From NCBI GenBank assembly GCA_963842085.1, contig CAWJET010000002.1:832001-896000 (forward strand): 64,000 bases of DNA, written 5' to 3'. Below the pieces are notes generated by a model. It ran no database searches. It saw nothing but the letters and a program-made list of their open reading frames with translations, and was not told where the DNA came from. Positions 10,828 to 19,860 of the stretch are shown one piece after another. The position numbers and the translations under genes are program-made. The DNA comes from an uncultured delta proteobacterium (GTDB lineage Bacteria > Desulfobacterota > Binatia > Binatales > Binataceae). Positions within the stretch are counted from its first letter, which is position 1. Every line of letters begins with the position of its first letter.

Positions 10828-10896
10828 CACGATTAGTCAATGGCGGCGTCCGCGGTTATCGGCGAATCGCTCGCGGCAACGGCCGGCTGCGCCTGA

Positions 10897-11580
10897 TCAC
10901 CCGGTACGCGGCGCGCTGCTCGTTCGACGGTCGTCGGACCGACGCCCTTTTGAATCGGCCTTGCCTGCGGGCTGGATGTGCAACTGATCGGCCATCCGCA
11001 CCAGCTCGGCCAGCGACTCGGCCTCCATTTTGTCCATCACCCGCGCCCGCTGAACTTTGATGGTTTTTTCGCCGGTGCCGAGCTCGGCACCCGCCTGCTT
11101 GTTGAGCAGTCCCGAGGTGATCAGCTGGAACACCTGGCGCTCGCGAGGCGTGAGACGCTCGTATCGGCGCCGAAGGTTGTCAAGCTCGACGAGCGACGTC
11201 CTACGGGCGCGGCTGCGTTCGGCAGCGCGGCGGACCGCTTCGAGCAGGGCAGCGTCATCGACCGGTTTCTCCAGAAAGTCGACGGCGCCTCCCTTCATTG
11301 CCTTGATCCCCGCCGGTACGTCGCCATGACCGGTGACGAACACGAGCGAGAGATGCGGCAGTGTGTGGGCCAGCGTTTCCTGAAGCTTGAAGCCGTCGAC
11401 GCCGGGCATCCGCATGTCGGTCACCGCGCAATCGACCTGATGGTGAGCGGGGTCCTCCAGGAATTCGCCGGCCGAAGAGAAGACGGTCGGCGCAATCCCG
11501 GCCGATTTCATTAGACGGGCAAGCGATTTTCGCGCCGACGGATCGTCATCGATGATGGCGACTTTGATTGGAACATCCAT
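10897..11580 (-). CDS. FixJ/StyR/TodT-family response regulator (REC + LuxR HTH)
   Basis: IIDDD, TDMRMP, TGHGD, GAVDFLEKP, LTPRERQV, GLLNKQAGAELGTGEKTIKVQRARVMDKM. Confidence 0.93.
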   Translation of the reverse strand: MDVPIKVAIIDDDPSARKSLARLMKSAGIAPTVFSSAGEFLEDPAHHQVDCAVTDMRMPGVDGFKLQETLAHTLPHLSLVFVTGHGDVPAGIKAMKGGAVDFLEKPVDDAALLEAVRRAAERSRARRTSLVELDNLRRRYERLTPRERQVFQLITSGLLNKQAGAELGTGEKTIKVQRARVMDKMEAESLAELVRMADQLHIQPAGKADSKGRRSDDRRTSSAPRTG

Positions 11581-11600
11581 TCGAGTGCCGACGCTTCGAG

Positions 11601-12854
11601 TCAGCTCGGGGCACCGGCGTTTGACGCGGCAGGCAATATAAATTCGACGGTGGCGCCGCGACCGGGATTCTGGGTCGCCCACAGCCGGCCGCCGTGAGTC
11701 TCGACGATCGTCCGCACAATAGCCAGTCCCATCCCCATGCCGGTGGGCTTGGTGGTGAAGAAGGGGTCGAACAGCCGGGGCAGAATTTTCGAATCGATAC
11801 CCGTGCCGGAATCGCAAACCGCGACGTGCAAGTGCCCCGCTTCGCGCTCGCTCGCTTGCAGAACCACCGTACGTTCGTCGCTGGTCTCGCAAACGGCATC
11901 AAACGCGTTAGTGACCAGGTTCAACACCGCCTGGGTCAGTTGCGTCCGGTCGCCAAGCACGATTGGCGACGTAGGACGCACATCGATCTGCAAGTCGACT
12001 TGCCTCGATTGCGCGTCCGCTCTGACGATGCGGTCGACGTCCCGGAAAATGCTTTGAATATCAACGCGCAGCATCTGCATTTCGCCGTGCTGAAAGAGTG
12101 CCCGCAATTGCCGGATGGTCTCGACCGCCCTGGAATTGTCACGCACGATGTCGTCAAGGGCCGCCCCAATCTCGGTCAGATCCGGTTTCTTGGCCGCCAG
12201 GAGACGACGCGCCGCGTGTGCATTGTTCAGGATTGCGCCGAGTGGTTGATTCAACTCGTGCGCCAGGGCGGCGGTGAGCTCGCCCATCATCGCGGCGCTC
12301 GAGATCTTGCGCAGATCCTGCTCGAGGTGGTGATGCTCGGCGAAGGCCCGCTTTCGTTCCAGCGCGTTCCCGAAGACCTCTGCCACCAGTTTCAAACGCT
12401 GGACTTCTTTTTCGGACCATCCTCTTTCGCTGAGAAGCTTGGCGAAGGAGACCCCGCCGACAATCTTCCCGCCAATCTTGAGCGGCACGGTGATATGGGA
12501 TTTGATCTTGTCGACCTCCAGTGCGGCGCGCTCATTGGCAGCCTCCGGCGGAAGTCCTTGGGGCAGATTGGACAGTACAACCAGCTCGCCCGAAAAAACC
12601 TTGCTGGCCAGCCAGGGAAAGCTTCTTTCGACGTTCTTTCCTTTATCGACACTGGCGAAGACGCCCTCCCGCGCCCACTGGTGAGTGATAAGCAGGCCGC
12701 CGGTGGCGCGCTCGAACTGCGTCACGGTCCCGCGGTCGACCTCGAGGGCAAGCACGATTCGCTGAAGCCATTGCTCAATCTCGCGGTCGACGTCCTCGGG
12801 CGACACGCGGACAAAGGCGGCCGACAAATCGCCCAAAAGCTTTTCAAAATCCAC
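11601..12854 (-). CDS. Soluble GAF-domain sensor histidine kinase
   Basis: AHELNQPL H-box, NLVTNAFDA N-box, DSGTG, FFTTK, GMGMGL; N-terminal GAF-like region; no TM helix seen. Confidence 0.92.
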   Translation of the reverse strand: MDFEKLLGDLSAAFVRVSPEDVDREIEQWLQRIVLALEVDRGTVTQFERATGGLLITHQWAREGVFASVDKGKNVERSFPWLASKVFSGELVVLSNLPQGLPPEAANERAALEVDKIKSHITVPLKIGGKIVGGVSFAKLLSERGWSEKEVQRLKLVAEVFGNALERKRAFAEHHHLEQDLRKISSAAMMGELTAALAHELNQPLGAILNNAHAARRLLAAKKPDLTEIGAALDDIVRDNSRAVETIRQLRALFQHGEMQMLRVDIQSIFRDVDRIVRADAQSRQVDLQIDVRPTSPIVLGDRTQLTQAVLNLVTNAFDAVCETSDERTVVLQASEREAGHLHVAVCDSGTGIDSKILPRLFDPFFTTKPTGMGMGLAIVRTIVETHGGRLWATQNPGRGATVEFILPAASNAGAPS

Positions 12855-13024
12855 GATTCACGGTTCCGGGGTGACTTCGTATGGGGAAGAATTCGCGGCC
12901 AACGGAGCGACGTTCTCTGCTTCTTCGAAGCGCGCGACCATAGTGTTCACCGCCGGCCTCGAAGCGCTGGGATGAGGTAACCGGACGGGCAATGTTCCGC
13001 CTCGTTGTTATACGTCGGAACGAT

Positions 13025-13470
13025 TTATGTGGAAAGAGCTAAAGCGCGCGCGATCGCGTCGAGGAAGGGCCCCTCGTCGAAGGGCTTGAACAGGACCGCA
13101 ACCGCGTCCGATTTCGCGGCGAGCGAGCGAACGCGGTCGTCGGTGCGGCCCTGATCAGTATCGTCGGCAGGCTGTGCGGCGAGCCTTTTAGAACCTGGCA
13201 CATCTCGATACCGTTCATCTCCGGCAAGTTGATATCAACGACCAGGCAGGCGTTGGAGCGTGGAATGGTCTCGGCCAGCAACGCGCTAGGCCGGTCGAAT
13301 GCCTTTACGAGAAACCCGGCCGCAAGCAGCAGCCGCTTCAGCGAGCGCAGGATCGAGGGATCGTCATCGACGACAATTACGGTTGCTGGATTGTCGGGGC
13401 TGAACCGCTTCGACCTGGGAGTGATCGACTTTCGGGTTTTCGCGCGCTGTCTGTTTGCGTTAGCGGTCAA
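13025..13470 (-). pseudogene. Stand-alone response regulator receiver domain, with a 1-nt frameshift near 13150
   Basis: VVDDD, VDINLPEMNG, PTILI, then continues in another frame as GRTDDRVRSLAAKSDAVAVLFKPFDEGPFLDAIARAL* (stop 13025-13027); collinear with the paralog at 48200..48592. Confidence 0.8.
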
Positions 13471-13561
13471 CGTTGCACCGGCTTACCTATCGAGGATTTG
13501 CGGATTCGTTCGGAACGGACCGACCTTAACGATCTTGTCATTCGCGCCGGTGGCGTTGCTA

Positions 13562-13577
13562 TTGGACCAAGGTCCAA
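13562..13577. promoter_or_regulatory. Palindromic regulator box 1 (TTGGACCAAGGTCCAA), between divergent genes
   Basis: ATTGGACC-AA-GGTCCAAT with perfect 8-bp arms; -10-like CAGACT at 13601 (+) and CAAGAT at 13532-13537 (-). Confidence 0.75.
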
Positions 13578-13676
13578 TTTACCGGTATGTAGCAGACGCG
13601 CAGACTGGCCCGTGCGCGTCGCGGCCGGCCCGCGAGCTCGACGCGGAACGCAATACTGCGCGAGGAGGTCGCTTTG

Positions 13677-13832
13677 ATGAGAGTCGCATTTGTAGCGCCA
13701 GCCGTCGCCGCTCCGCTCTGCGGCGCGCTCATGTCGGGATGCGCGCAAACGGTCGAAAGTAAGCCGGCCGTCATGCAGAGAATCACGAGTCGCCTGCTCG
13801 AGCTGCAGGGGCGAGCGCCGGCCGGACAATAG
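13677..13832 (+). CDS. Small putative lipoprotein (51 aa)
   Basis: GAGGAGG RBS at 13662-13668; MRVAFVAPAVAAPLCGALMSGCAQTVESKPAVMQRITSRLLELQGRAPAGQ*; lipobox-like MSGC. Confidence 0.5.
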   Translation: MRVAFVAPAVAAPLCGALMSGCAQTVESKPAVMQRITSRLLELQGRAPAGQ

Positions 13833-13833
13833 G

Positions 13834-14739
13834 GTGAGCGAACCATCGCGCGGCCTCGCTTGTCGTGGCGCCGCGCGCAACCGGCGGCGGGCGATCGCCC
13901 TCAGTGTCGCGCTCTTCACCCTGTTGGCGGGCTGTTCCCTGGGTCTCGCCCAGCAAACCGCGTCAGCCGGCAGCGACGAGGAATCACTGGCGGTTATGGA
14001 AAACGATCCGACCGCGAGCCTGACTCAGCTCAAGATCCAGGACATCTACACGCCGGCCGAGTACGGCACCAATGCTCAGCCGAACACGCTGCAGTTGCGG
14101 CCGCTCTTCGCGGTGCGTCCACAATTGTTCACGCCGCTGGAGCAGCTCATCCGGCCCACGATTCAAGTCGTGACAGTTCCTCGCAACAAGGGCGCGTCAA
14201 CGACCACCGCGCTCGATGACTTCCAACTATTCGACCTGTTCGTGATGCCCTGGCCGAACGAAAAGGAGACTCGCTTCCGGTGGGGGATCGGACCATACTT
14301 CGTATTTCCAACCTCCACGAGTCAATTCACGGGCAAAGGTGCGTGGCAGATGGGGCCGGCCTGGGCTTTCGGCTACCGGGGAATTCCAGGGCTGCAAATT
14401 GCTGGTCTTTTTCAGCAGGCGACGTCGTTCGCGTACACGTCGTCGCATTCGGTTCCGGTAAGCTCGCTCCAGATTCAACCGATCCTCTCGTATCAGCTAG
14501 GTCGCGGATGGTATCTGAAGTCGAGCGACGCGACCTGGAAAATCAATTACCGTCACAAGACTTCGACCGAAATGCCGCTCAGCGCCGGATTTGGGAAAGT
14601 CTGGAAATTCGGCGAGGGCTACGCAATCGACACGTCGTTCTCGGGAGAATGGATGGTCTATCGGCAGTTTGACCCTCAGACCGAGCAATTCACGCTGAGA
14701 TTTCAGGTAAGCCTGCTGTTGCCGCAGGTGCAACTATAA
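13834..14739 (+). CDS. Putative outer-membrane beta-barrel/transporter
   Basis: Signal peptide, NDPTA, WGIGPYFVFPT, GKGAWQMGP, amphipathic C-terminal strands (FTLRFQVSLLLP). Confidence 0.65.
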   Translation: MSEPSRGLACRGAARNRRRAIALSVALFTLLAGCSLGLAQQTASAGSDEESLAVMENDPTASLTQLKIQDIYTPAEYGTNAQPNTLQLRPLFAVRPQLFTPLEQLIRPTIQVVTVPRNKGASTTTALDDFQLFDLFVMPWPNEKETRFRWGIGPYFVFPTSTSQFTGKGAWQMGPAWAFGYRGIPGLQIAGLFQQATSFAYTSSHSVPVSSLQIQPILSYQLGRGWYLKSSDATWKINYRHKTSTEMPLSAGFGKVWKFGEGYAIDTSFSGEWMVYRQFDPQTEQFTLRFQVSLLLPQVQL

Positions 14740-14769
14740 GGTGGGAGCAATTCCGTTCGATGGCACGAC

Positions 14770-14785
14770 TAGGACCAAAGTCCAC
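14770..14785. promoter_or_regulatory. Palindromic regulator box 2 (TAGGACCAAAGTCCAC)
   Basis: GGAC-CAAA-GTCC core upstream of the DUF4410/mla operon; AAGAAT at 14811; a further half-site TAGGACCAAA near 14834. Confidence 0.65.
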
Positions 14786-14885
14786 TTGTAGGAGAACGGC
14801 GTTCCCTGCAAAGAATCGGGGCGACAGGAATCATAGGACCAAAAGAGAGTTAGGAAGTATCAACATCAACCAGTGAGGTACTGTT

Positions 14886-15608
14886 ATGAAGTCACAAATC
14901 CTTAGTCGAATGTACGTGATACTGGCCGTCGCAGCCTTCGGATGCGCGGGCGCACAGGTTACGCAACAGAGTTCCGCGGCGCCGATCTCGACCTCGCCAC
15001 CCACTGCCGTCGTCGTTTATCCATTTGCGGTGGATGCTTCAGATGTCTCGCTGAACTCCAGTATCTTTCAAGTCGCTTACAGAAACATGTCTGGCGAAAA
15101 CCAGACTGACCAACAACTCCAGATCGCCCACCAAACGGCTCAGAATATTTGCGTTCAGGTTGCGGCTAATCTGACGCAAAAGGGCATCACTACCACCTGC
15201 CTGCAGCGTGGTGTGCCTCCCACCGGCAACAACGTCCTCGTCCTGGATGGCGAATTCACCGACATCAGCGAAGGTAACCGGCTACGTCGAATGGTAATCG
15301 GCCTTGGCGCGGGCGCGTCGAAAGTCGATACAGTGGTTCAGGTTATTCAGAAGACGGATCAGGGCTCGACCGAGATAATCGACTTCAGCACCAGCGCCGA
15401 CAGCGGCTATATGCCCGGCGCAGGAATTACCGGACCTGCTGGCGCTGCTGCGGGCGGAGCCGCTGCTGCCGCATCGCTGGGCGTGAACATCGCGGCTGGA
15501 GGCGTCAAGAACGTTACGTCTTCGACCGGCTATCTTGTGGATAAAACTACCGATCAGATCGTCCAGCAGGTAGTCAACTACTACAACCGCCAGGGTTGGA
15601 TGTCCTGA
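14886..15608 (+). CDS. DUF4410-domain lipoprotein
   Basis: Lipobox AFGC; GEFTDISEGNRLRRMVIGLGAGAS motif; Gly/Ala zipper. Confidence 0.75.
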   Translation: MKSQILSRMYVILAVAAFGCAGAQVTQQSSAAPISTSPPTAVVVYPFAVDASDVSLNSSIFQVAYRNMSGENQTDQQLQIAHQTAQNICVQVAANLTQKGITTTCLQRGVPPTGNNVLVLDGEFTDISEGNRLRRMVIGLGAGASKVDTVVQVIQKTDQGSTEIIDFSTSADSGYMPGAGITGPAGAAAGGAAAAASLGVNIAAGGVKNVTSSTGYLVDKTTDQIVQQVVNYYNRQGWMS

Positions 15609-15672
15609 CGCAGCGTTTATTGGCTTGCGGAATGCTATATTCGGTCTATAGGATTCCGCGCTGTACAATTGA

Positions 15673-16824
15673 ATGAGCAACGCCGCCTCTAACATCGAGC
15701 AAGGTACAGTCTCGGTCACCCGGGCAGACGATTCGACCCTGCTGATCAAACTGTCGGGTCCCTGGCATCTGACACGGAACGTTCCCTCGGCTGCGGTTCT
15801 TCGCCAAGAGCTCGAGTCGGCGGCGATGCTCAAAAAGGTTTCGTTCGATACGTCAGGACTGACCAACTGGGACAGCGGCCTGATCGCGTTCCTGGTACAG
15901 ACGAGCGAAGCCTGTCGCGCCCGAGGTATCGACCAGGACCGCCAGGGACTTCCGGAAGGATTGCGGCGCCTGCTCGAACTTGCCGAAGCGGTGCCCGAGA
16001 AGAAGGGAACGCGCAGCGCGACCGTCAAAGCTCCCTTCTTCCAGCGTGTAGGAGAGATGACGCTGGGTTATGGACTCTCGGTAAGCGAGTTCATGAACTT
16101 CCTGGGTCAGCTGGCCGTGGCGTTTGTGAAATTGATTCGCGGGAAGGCCCGTTATCGAAGAGTCGACCTTATAGAAGTTCTCCAGGACTGCGGCGCCAAT
16201 GCGGTCGGGATTGTAACCCTCATCTCGTTCCTGGTAGGTGTGATTCTGGCCTTTATGGGCGCGGTCCAACTCTCCCAGTTTGGCGCGTCGATCTACGTGG
16301 CGGACCTGGTTTGTATCGGGATGACGCGCGATATGGGCGCGATCATGACGGCGATAATCATGTCGGGCCGCACAGGCGCGGCCTTTGCGGCCAAGCTCGG
16401 CACGATGAAGGTGACGCAGGAGATCGACGCTTTAACCACGATGGGCATCTCGCCGATGGAATTCCTGGTATTGCCACGCGTAATCGCCCTGGTTCTGATG
16501 ATGCCGCTGCTCTGCCTGTACGCGGACTTCCTCGGGATACTGGGCGGGTTGTTCGTCGGGGTCGGGATGCTTGGCCTGTCGGCGCGCAGCTACATGCAGG
16601 AAACCATCGCAACGCTGACGTTGACGAACTTGTTCGGCGGTCTGTTCAAGGCGACGTTTTACGGCCTGCTGATAGCGATTGCCGGATGTCTGCGCGGCTT
16701 CCAATGCGGCAACAGCTCTTCGGCGGTTGGCGATGCAGCGACGCAGGCAGTCGTGATGTCGATAGTTATGGGCGTGGTTGCCTGCGGGCTCTTCGCCGTC
16801 GTCTTCAACATCATCGGAATTTGA
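15673..16824 (+). CDS. mlaE: MlaE-family ABC permease with N-terminal STAS-like domain
   Basis: GRTGAAFAAKLGTMKVTQEIDALTTMG, LVLPR, VGDAATQAVV. Confidence 0.9.
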   Translation: MSNAASNIEQGTVSVTRADDSTLLIKLSGPWHLTRNVPSAAVLRQELESAAMLKKVSFDTSGLTNWDSGLIAFLVQTSEACRARGIDQDRQGLPEGLRRLLELAEAVPEKKGTRSATVKAPFFQRVGEMTLGYGLSVSEFMNFLGQLAVAFVKLIRGKARYRRVDLIEVLQDCGANAVGIVTLISFLVGVILAFMGAVQLSQFGASIYVADLVCIGMTRDMGAIMTAIIMSGRTGAAFAAKLGTMKVTQEIDALTTMGISPMEFLVLPRVIALVLMMPLLCLYADFLGILGGLFVGVGMLGLSARSYMQETIATLTLTNLFGGLFKATFYGLLIAIAGCLRGFQCGNSSSAVGDAATQAVVMSIVMGVVACGLFAVVFNIIGI

Positions 16825-16838
16825 TCGCGGAAACGCCA

Positions 16839-17651
16839 ATGGAAAGCGCAAGGGCCAGCAACGGCAAGAAGGCAAACGCAAAGCCGCACATTATCGTGAA
16901 GAATCTCACGATGGCTTATGGCAGCTTCGTCCTTATGCGCGACGTCAATTTCACGGTTCGTCATGGCGACGTCTTCATCATCATGGGCGGCAGCGGATGC
17001 GGCAAAAGCACGCTGCTGCGTCATCTTATAGGACTCAAGGAGCCAGCCACTGGCGAGATCATTTACGGCGACGTTAACTTCACCCGGGCCGATCCGGAGA
17101 CGCGCGAACTAATGCTGCGGCGATTTGGAATCCTGTACCAAAGTGGCGCGCTCTGGAGTTCTATGACACTCGCGCAGAATGTAGGCCTGCCGCTCGGCGA
17201 ATTTACCGACCTGACGCCGTCGCAAATCCGCGAGATCGCGGCGCTTAAACTGGCGCTGGTTGGACTCAACGGATTCGAGGACTTCTATCCAAATGAGATC
17301 AGCGGCGGGATGCAGAAGCGGGCCGGATTGGCGCGGGCGATGGCGCTCGATCCGGAGATCCTGTTCTTCGACGAGCCGTCGGCGGGTCTCGATCCCATCA
17401 GTTCGAGCCTGCTCGACGAGCTGATACTCGAGCTGCGCGACAGCCTTGGTGCGACGATCGTGATCGTTACGCATGAACTCGCCAGTATCTTCGCGATAGG
17501 CAACAACTGCGTCTTCCTCGACGCCGAGTCGCGGGTCCAGATCGCAAGCGGTGATCCCAAGGACCTGCTGGCAAGTTCCCAGGATCCACGGGTGCGCAAG
17601 TTTCTCACCCGCGGCAAAGAGGGAGGCGAAACAGCGAGTCATCATGAGTAA
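16839..17651 (+). CDS. mlaF: MlaF-like ABC ATP-binding protein
   Basis: Walker A GGSGCGKS, signature ISGGMQKR, FFDEPSAGLDP, VTHE. Confidence 0.92.
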   Translation: MESARASNGKKANAKPHIIVKNLTMAYGSFVLMRDVNFTVRHGDVFIIMGGSGCGKSTLLRHLIGLKEPATGEIIYGDVNFTRADPETRELMLRRFGILYQSGALWSSMTLAQNVGLPLGEFTDLTPSQIREIAALKLALVGLNGFEDFYPNEISGGMQKRAGLARAMALDPEILFFDEPSAGLDPISSSLLDELILELRDSLGATIVIVTHELASIFAIGNNCVFLDAESRVQIASGDPKDLLASSQDPRVRKFLTRGKEGGETASHHE

Positions 17652-18624
17652 ACGAATAAGTCCAACCGCCATAGGGATGTTCGTCGTCGGAGGCTTCGCA
17701 CTGGTAATCGCGGCGATTGTAGTTGTCGGTTCAGGGAGCCTGTTCAAGAAGCCGCAACGCTTCGTCTGCATGTTCCAGGGGGACGTCAACGGCCTGAAGG
17801 TCGGGGCACCAGTCAAGTTCAAGGGCGTTCAAATCGGAACGGTCGAAGAAATAGAGATCAACCTATCGCCCGGCGAAGGCGAACTCCGCCCTGATATCAA
17901 GGAATTACGTCTGCCGGTGGTAATCGGCATCGATCGCTCAATGCTCATCCAACGCGGAGGTAGTGGCGAAGCGCTCACCACCCAGGGATTCGATGCGGCT
18001 ATCGCGCGTGGCATGCGCGCGCAACTCAACGTGGAAAGCTTCCTGACCGGACTCCTTTATGTCGATATCGATCTTCATCCTAATGCACCGCTCAATCTTG
18101 CACTGATACCAGGCAGTGGCAGCCTACGGGAGATACCCACTGTGCCGACCACGATGGAGGCAATTCAGAAGCAAGCGGCAGAGGCACTAGCCAAGCTCGA
18201 TAAGATCGATTTCAACGCCCTGGTCGCTTCGATCACAAGCGCCGCCAATTCCATCAACCAGCTAACTAGTTCACCCGACCTGAAGGCCACGCTCGCTTCG
18301 CTCAAGCAGACCGTGCCGAATCTCGACCGGACGATCACCTCCTTAAGAGTCGCTTTGGACAACGCCAACGAACGCATTACGCCGCTGACGGCAAGCCTCC
18401 AGAAGAACTCGGATGAGGCAAACGCCACGATGAAGGATACGCGCGAGGCGTTGCTCGAGGTGAGATCCAGTCTCGATCCCGACTCGCCGTTGTGGGTGAA
18501 CCTGAACACGGCGCTCGATCAATTGGCCGACACCACCCGCTCAATCGGAGAGCTTACGGACTTTTTGCAGAGAAATCCCGCTGCGCTCCTACGCGGAAAG
18601 TATGTGCCTGAGAAGGACCGATGA
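17644..18624 (+). CDS. mlaD: MlaD/MCE family protein with long helical C-terminus
   Basis: N-terminal TM; GLKVGAPVKFKGVQIGTV MCE motif; LQRNPAALLRGK. Confidence 0.9.
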   Translation: MSKRISPTAIGMFVVGGFALVIAAIVVVGSGSLFKKPQRFVCMFQGDVNGLKVGAPVKFKGVQIGTVEEIEINLSPGEGELRPDIKELRLPVVIGIDRSMLIQRGGSGEALTTQGFDAAIARGMRAQLNVESFLTGLLYVDIDLHPNAPLNLALIPGSGSLREIPTVPTTMEAIQKQAAEALAKLDKIDFNALVASITSAANSINQLTSSPDLKATLASLKQTVPNLDRTITSLRVALDNANERITPLTASLQKNSDEANATMKDTREALLEVRSSLDPDSPLWVNLNTALDQLADTTRSIGELTDFLQRNPAALLRGKYVPEKDR

Positions 18625-19307
18625 GAAATACGAATGTTGCAGCCGCGTTGATCGCATTGGGCGCGTGTGTGTTGGCGGCGGGATGCTCGCCTCTGGCGCC
18701 GCAACCCGACCGCTCGAAGTTCTTTATCCTGACGCCACTCGCCGACTCTTCAGGAGCTGCAGCACCGGCGGGCTCGTTCGCCAATTCTCCTCTGACCATC
18801 GGCGTCGGCCCTATCGATTTTCCCGACTACCTGCGGCGCCTGGAAGTAGTAACCCGGGCTTCGCCCAATCAGCTCGATCTTTCCGCGGAGAAGCGCTGGG
18901 GCGAGCCGCTCGACAAAAACTTCGCGCGTGTCTTTTCTGAAAATATATGCGAACTGCTCAACACCCAACAGATCGAAAAATATCCCTGGCCGGTCAGGAC
19001 CCACGTTGACTATCAAATCGCGATCGACGTCCAGCGCTTCGAAACGACCTCCGATGGACAGTCGGAATTGATCGCACGATGGATCATCAAGGACGGTGCT
19101 ACCGGCAAGGACTTGTACGCGTCCGAAACCAGGGCGAGCGCGCCCGTGGGTCCCGGTGAAACGGGCGCGTCGGCGGCGCTCAGCACTGACCTGGGCACGC
19201 TCAGCCGCGAAATTGCCGCGCGCGTGACTGAACTCCGCCAGCATCAAACTCCCATGAGCACGACTGAGAATCTCAATGTTGGCCATCATTCACAAGAGAG
19301 AGGGTGA
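18621..19307 (+). CDS. PqiC/ABC_trans_aux family lipoprotein
   Basis: Lipobox AAGC; VGPIDFPDYL, RWGEPL, IDVQRFE. Confidence 0.85.
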   Translation: MRNTNVAAALIALGACVLAAGCSPLAPQPDRSKFFILTPLADSSGAAAPAGSFANSPLTIGVGPIDFPDYLRRLEVVTRASPNQLDLSAEKRWGEPLDKNFARVFSENICELLNTQQIEKYPWPVRTHVDYQIAIDVQRFETTSDGQSELIARWIIKDGATGKDLYASETRASAPVGPGETGASAALSTDLGTLSREIAARVTELRQHQTPMSTTENLNVGHHSQERG

Positions 19308-19310
19308 GTT

Positions 19311-19832
19311 ATGGAAAGGAAATCCAGCACGGAGTTTGACCTTAGGAAGCATGCTCCTATCTTCCTTGGTCTCTTAGGCGCTCTGCTTATGGATACTACC
19401 GCGCGCGCTCAGGAGCTATACATCTATCCGTCCAAGGGGCAAAGCCAGGCGCAGCAGGACAAGGATCGTTACGAGTGCCATACGTGGGCTGTAAAGCAGA
19501 CTGGTTTTGACCCGAGCAGGCCTGCACCGCCACCATCGAATTCTTCTGCGTCAAATCAGTATCAGCCCTCACAGCCCCACGTTCTCAAGGGCGCCGCCCG
19601 AGGTGCTGCCCTAGGCGCGGTCGGCGGCGCAATAGCCGGCGATGCGGGCAAGGGAGCAGGTGCGGGTGCCGCGATGGGAGGCCTGGCAGGTGGATTTCGC
19701 CGGCGCGACGAAAGAATACAGCAATCTAAGTCACAGCAAGCAGACACTCACGCTGCTGCCTCTAATCAACGGAATTCGTACAACCGGGCTATGGCAGCCT
19801 GTCTGCAGGGGCGTGGCTACACCGTAAACTAG
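19311..19832 (+). CDS. Secreted glycine-zipper protein
   Basis: YIYPSKGQSQAQQDKDRYECHTWA, GAARGAALGAVGGAIAG, ACLQGRGYTV. Confidence 0.75.
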   Translation: MERKSSTEFDLRKHAPIFLGLLGALLMDTTARAQELYIYPSKGQSQAQQDKDRYECHTWAVKQTGFDPSRPAPPPSNSSASNQYQPSQPHVLKGAARGAALGAVGGAIAGDAGKGAGAGAAMGGLAGGFRRRDERIQQSKSQQADTHAAASNQRNSYNRAMAACLQGRGYTVN

Positions 19833-19860
19833 ACTTAGTCGTGGGAGGATATAGCCACTC

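Noticed and set aside
12858-12860. TGA as a selenocysteine codon
   Set aside because: It lies in a non-catalytic kinase N-terminus, the paralog has no Cys there, and I saw no convincing SECIS hairpin.
14761-14777. TGGCACG as a sigma-54 -24 element
   Set aside because: No TTGC at the -12 position (it reads GGAC). The sequence is better explained by regulon box 2.
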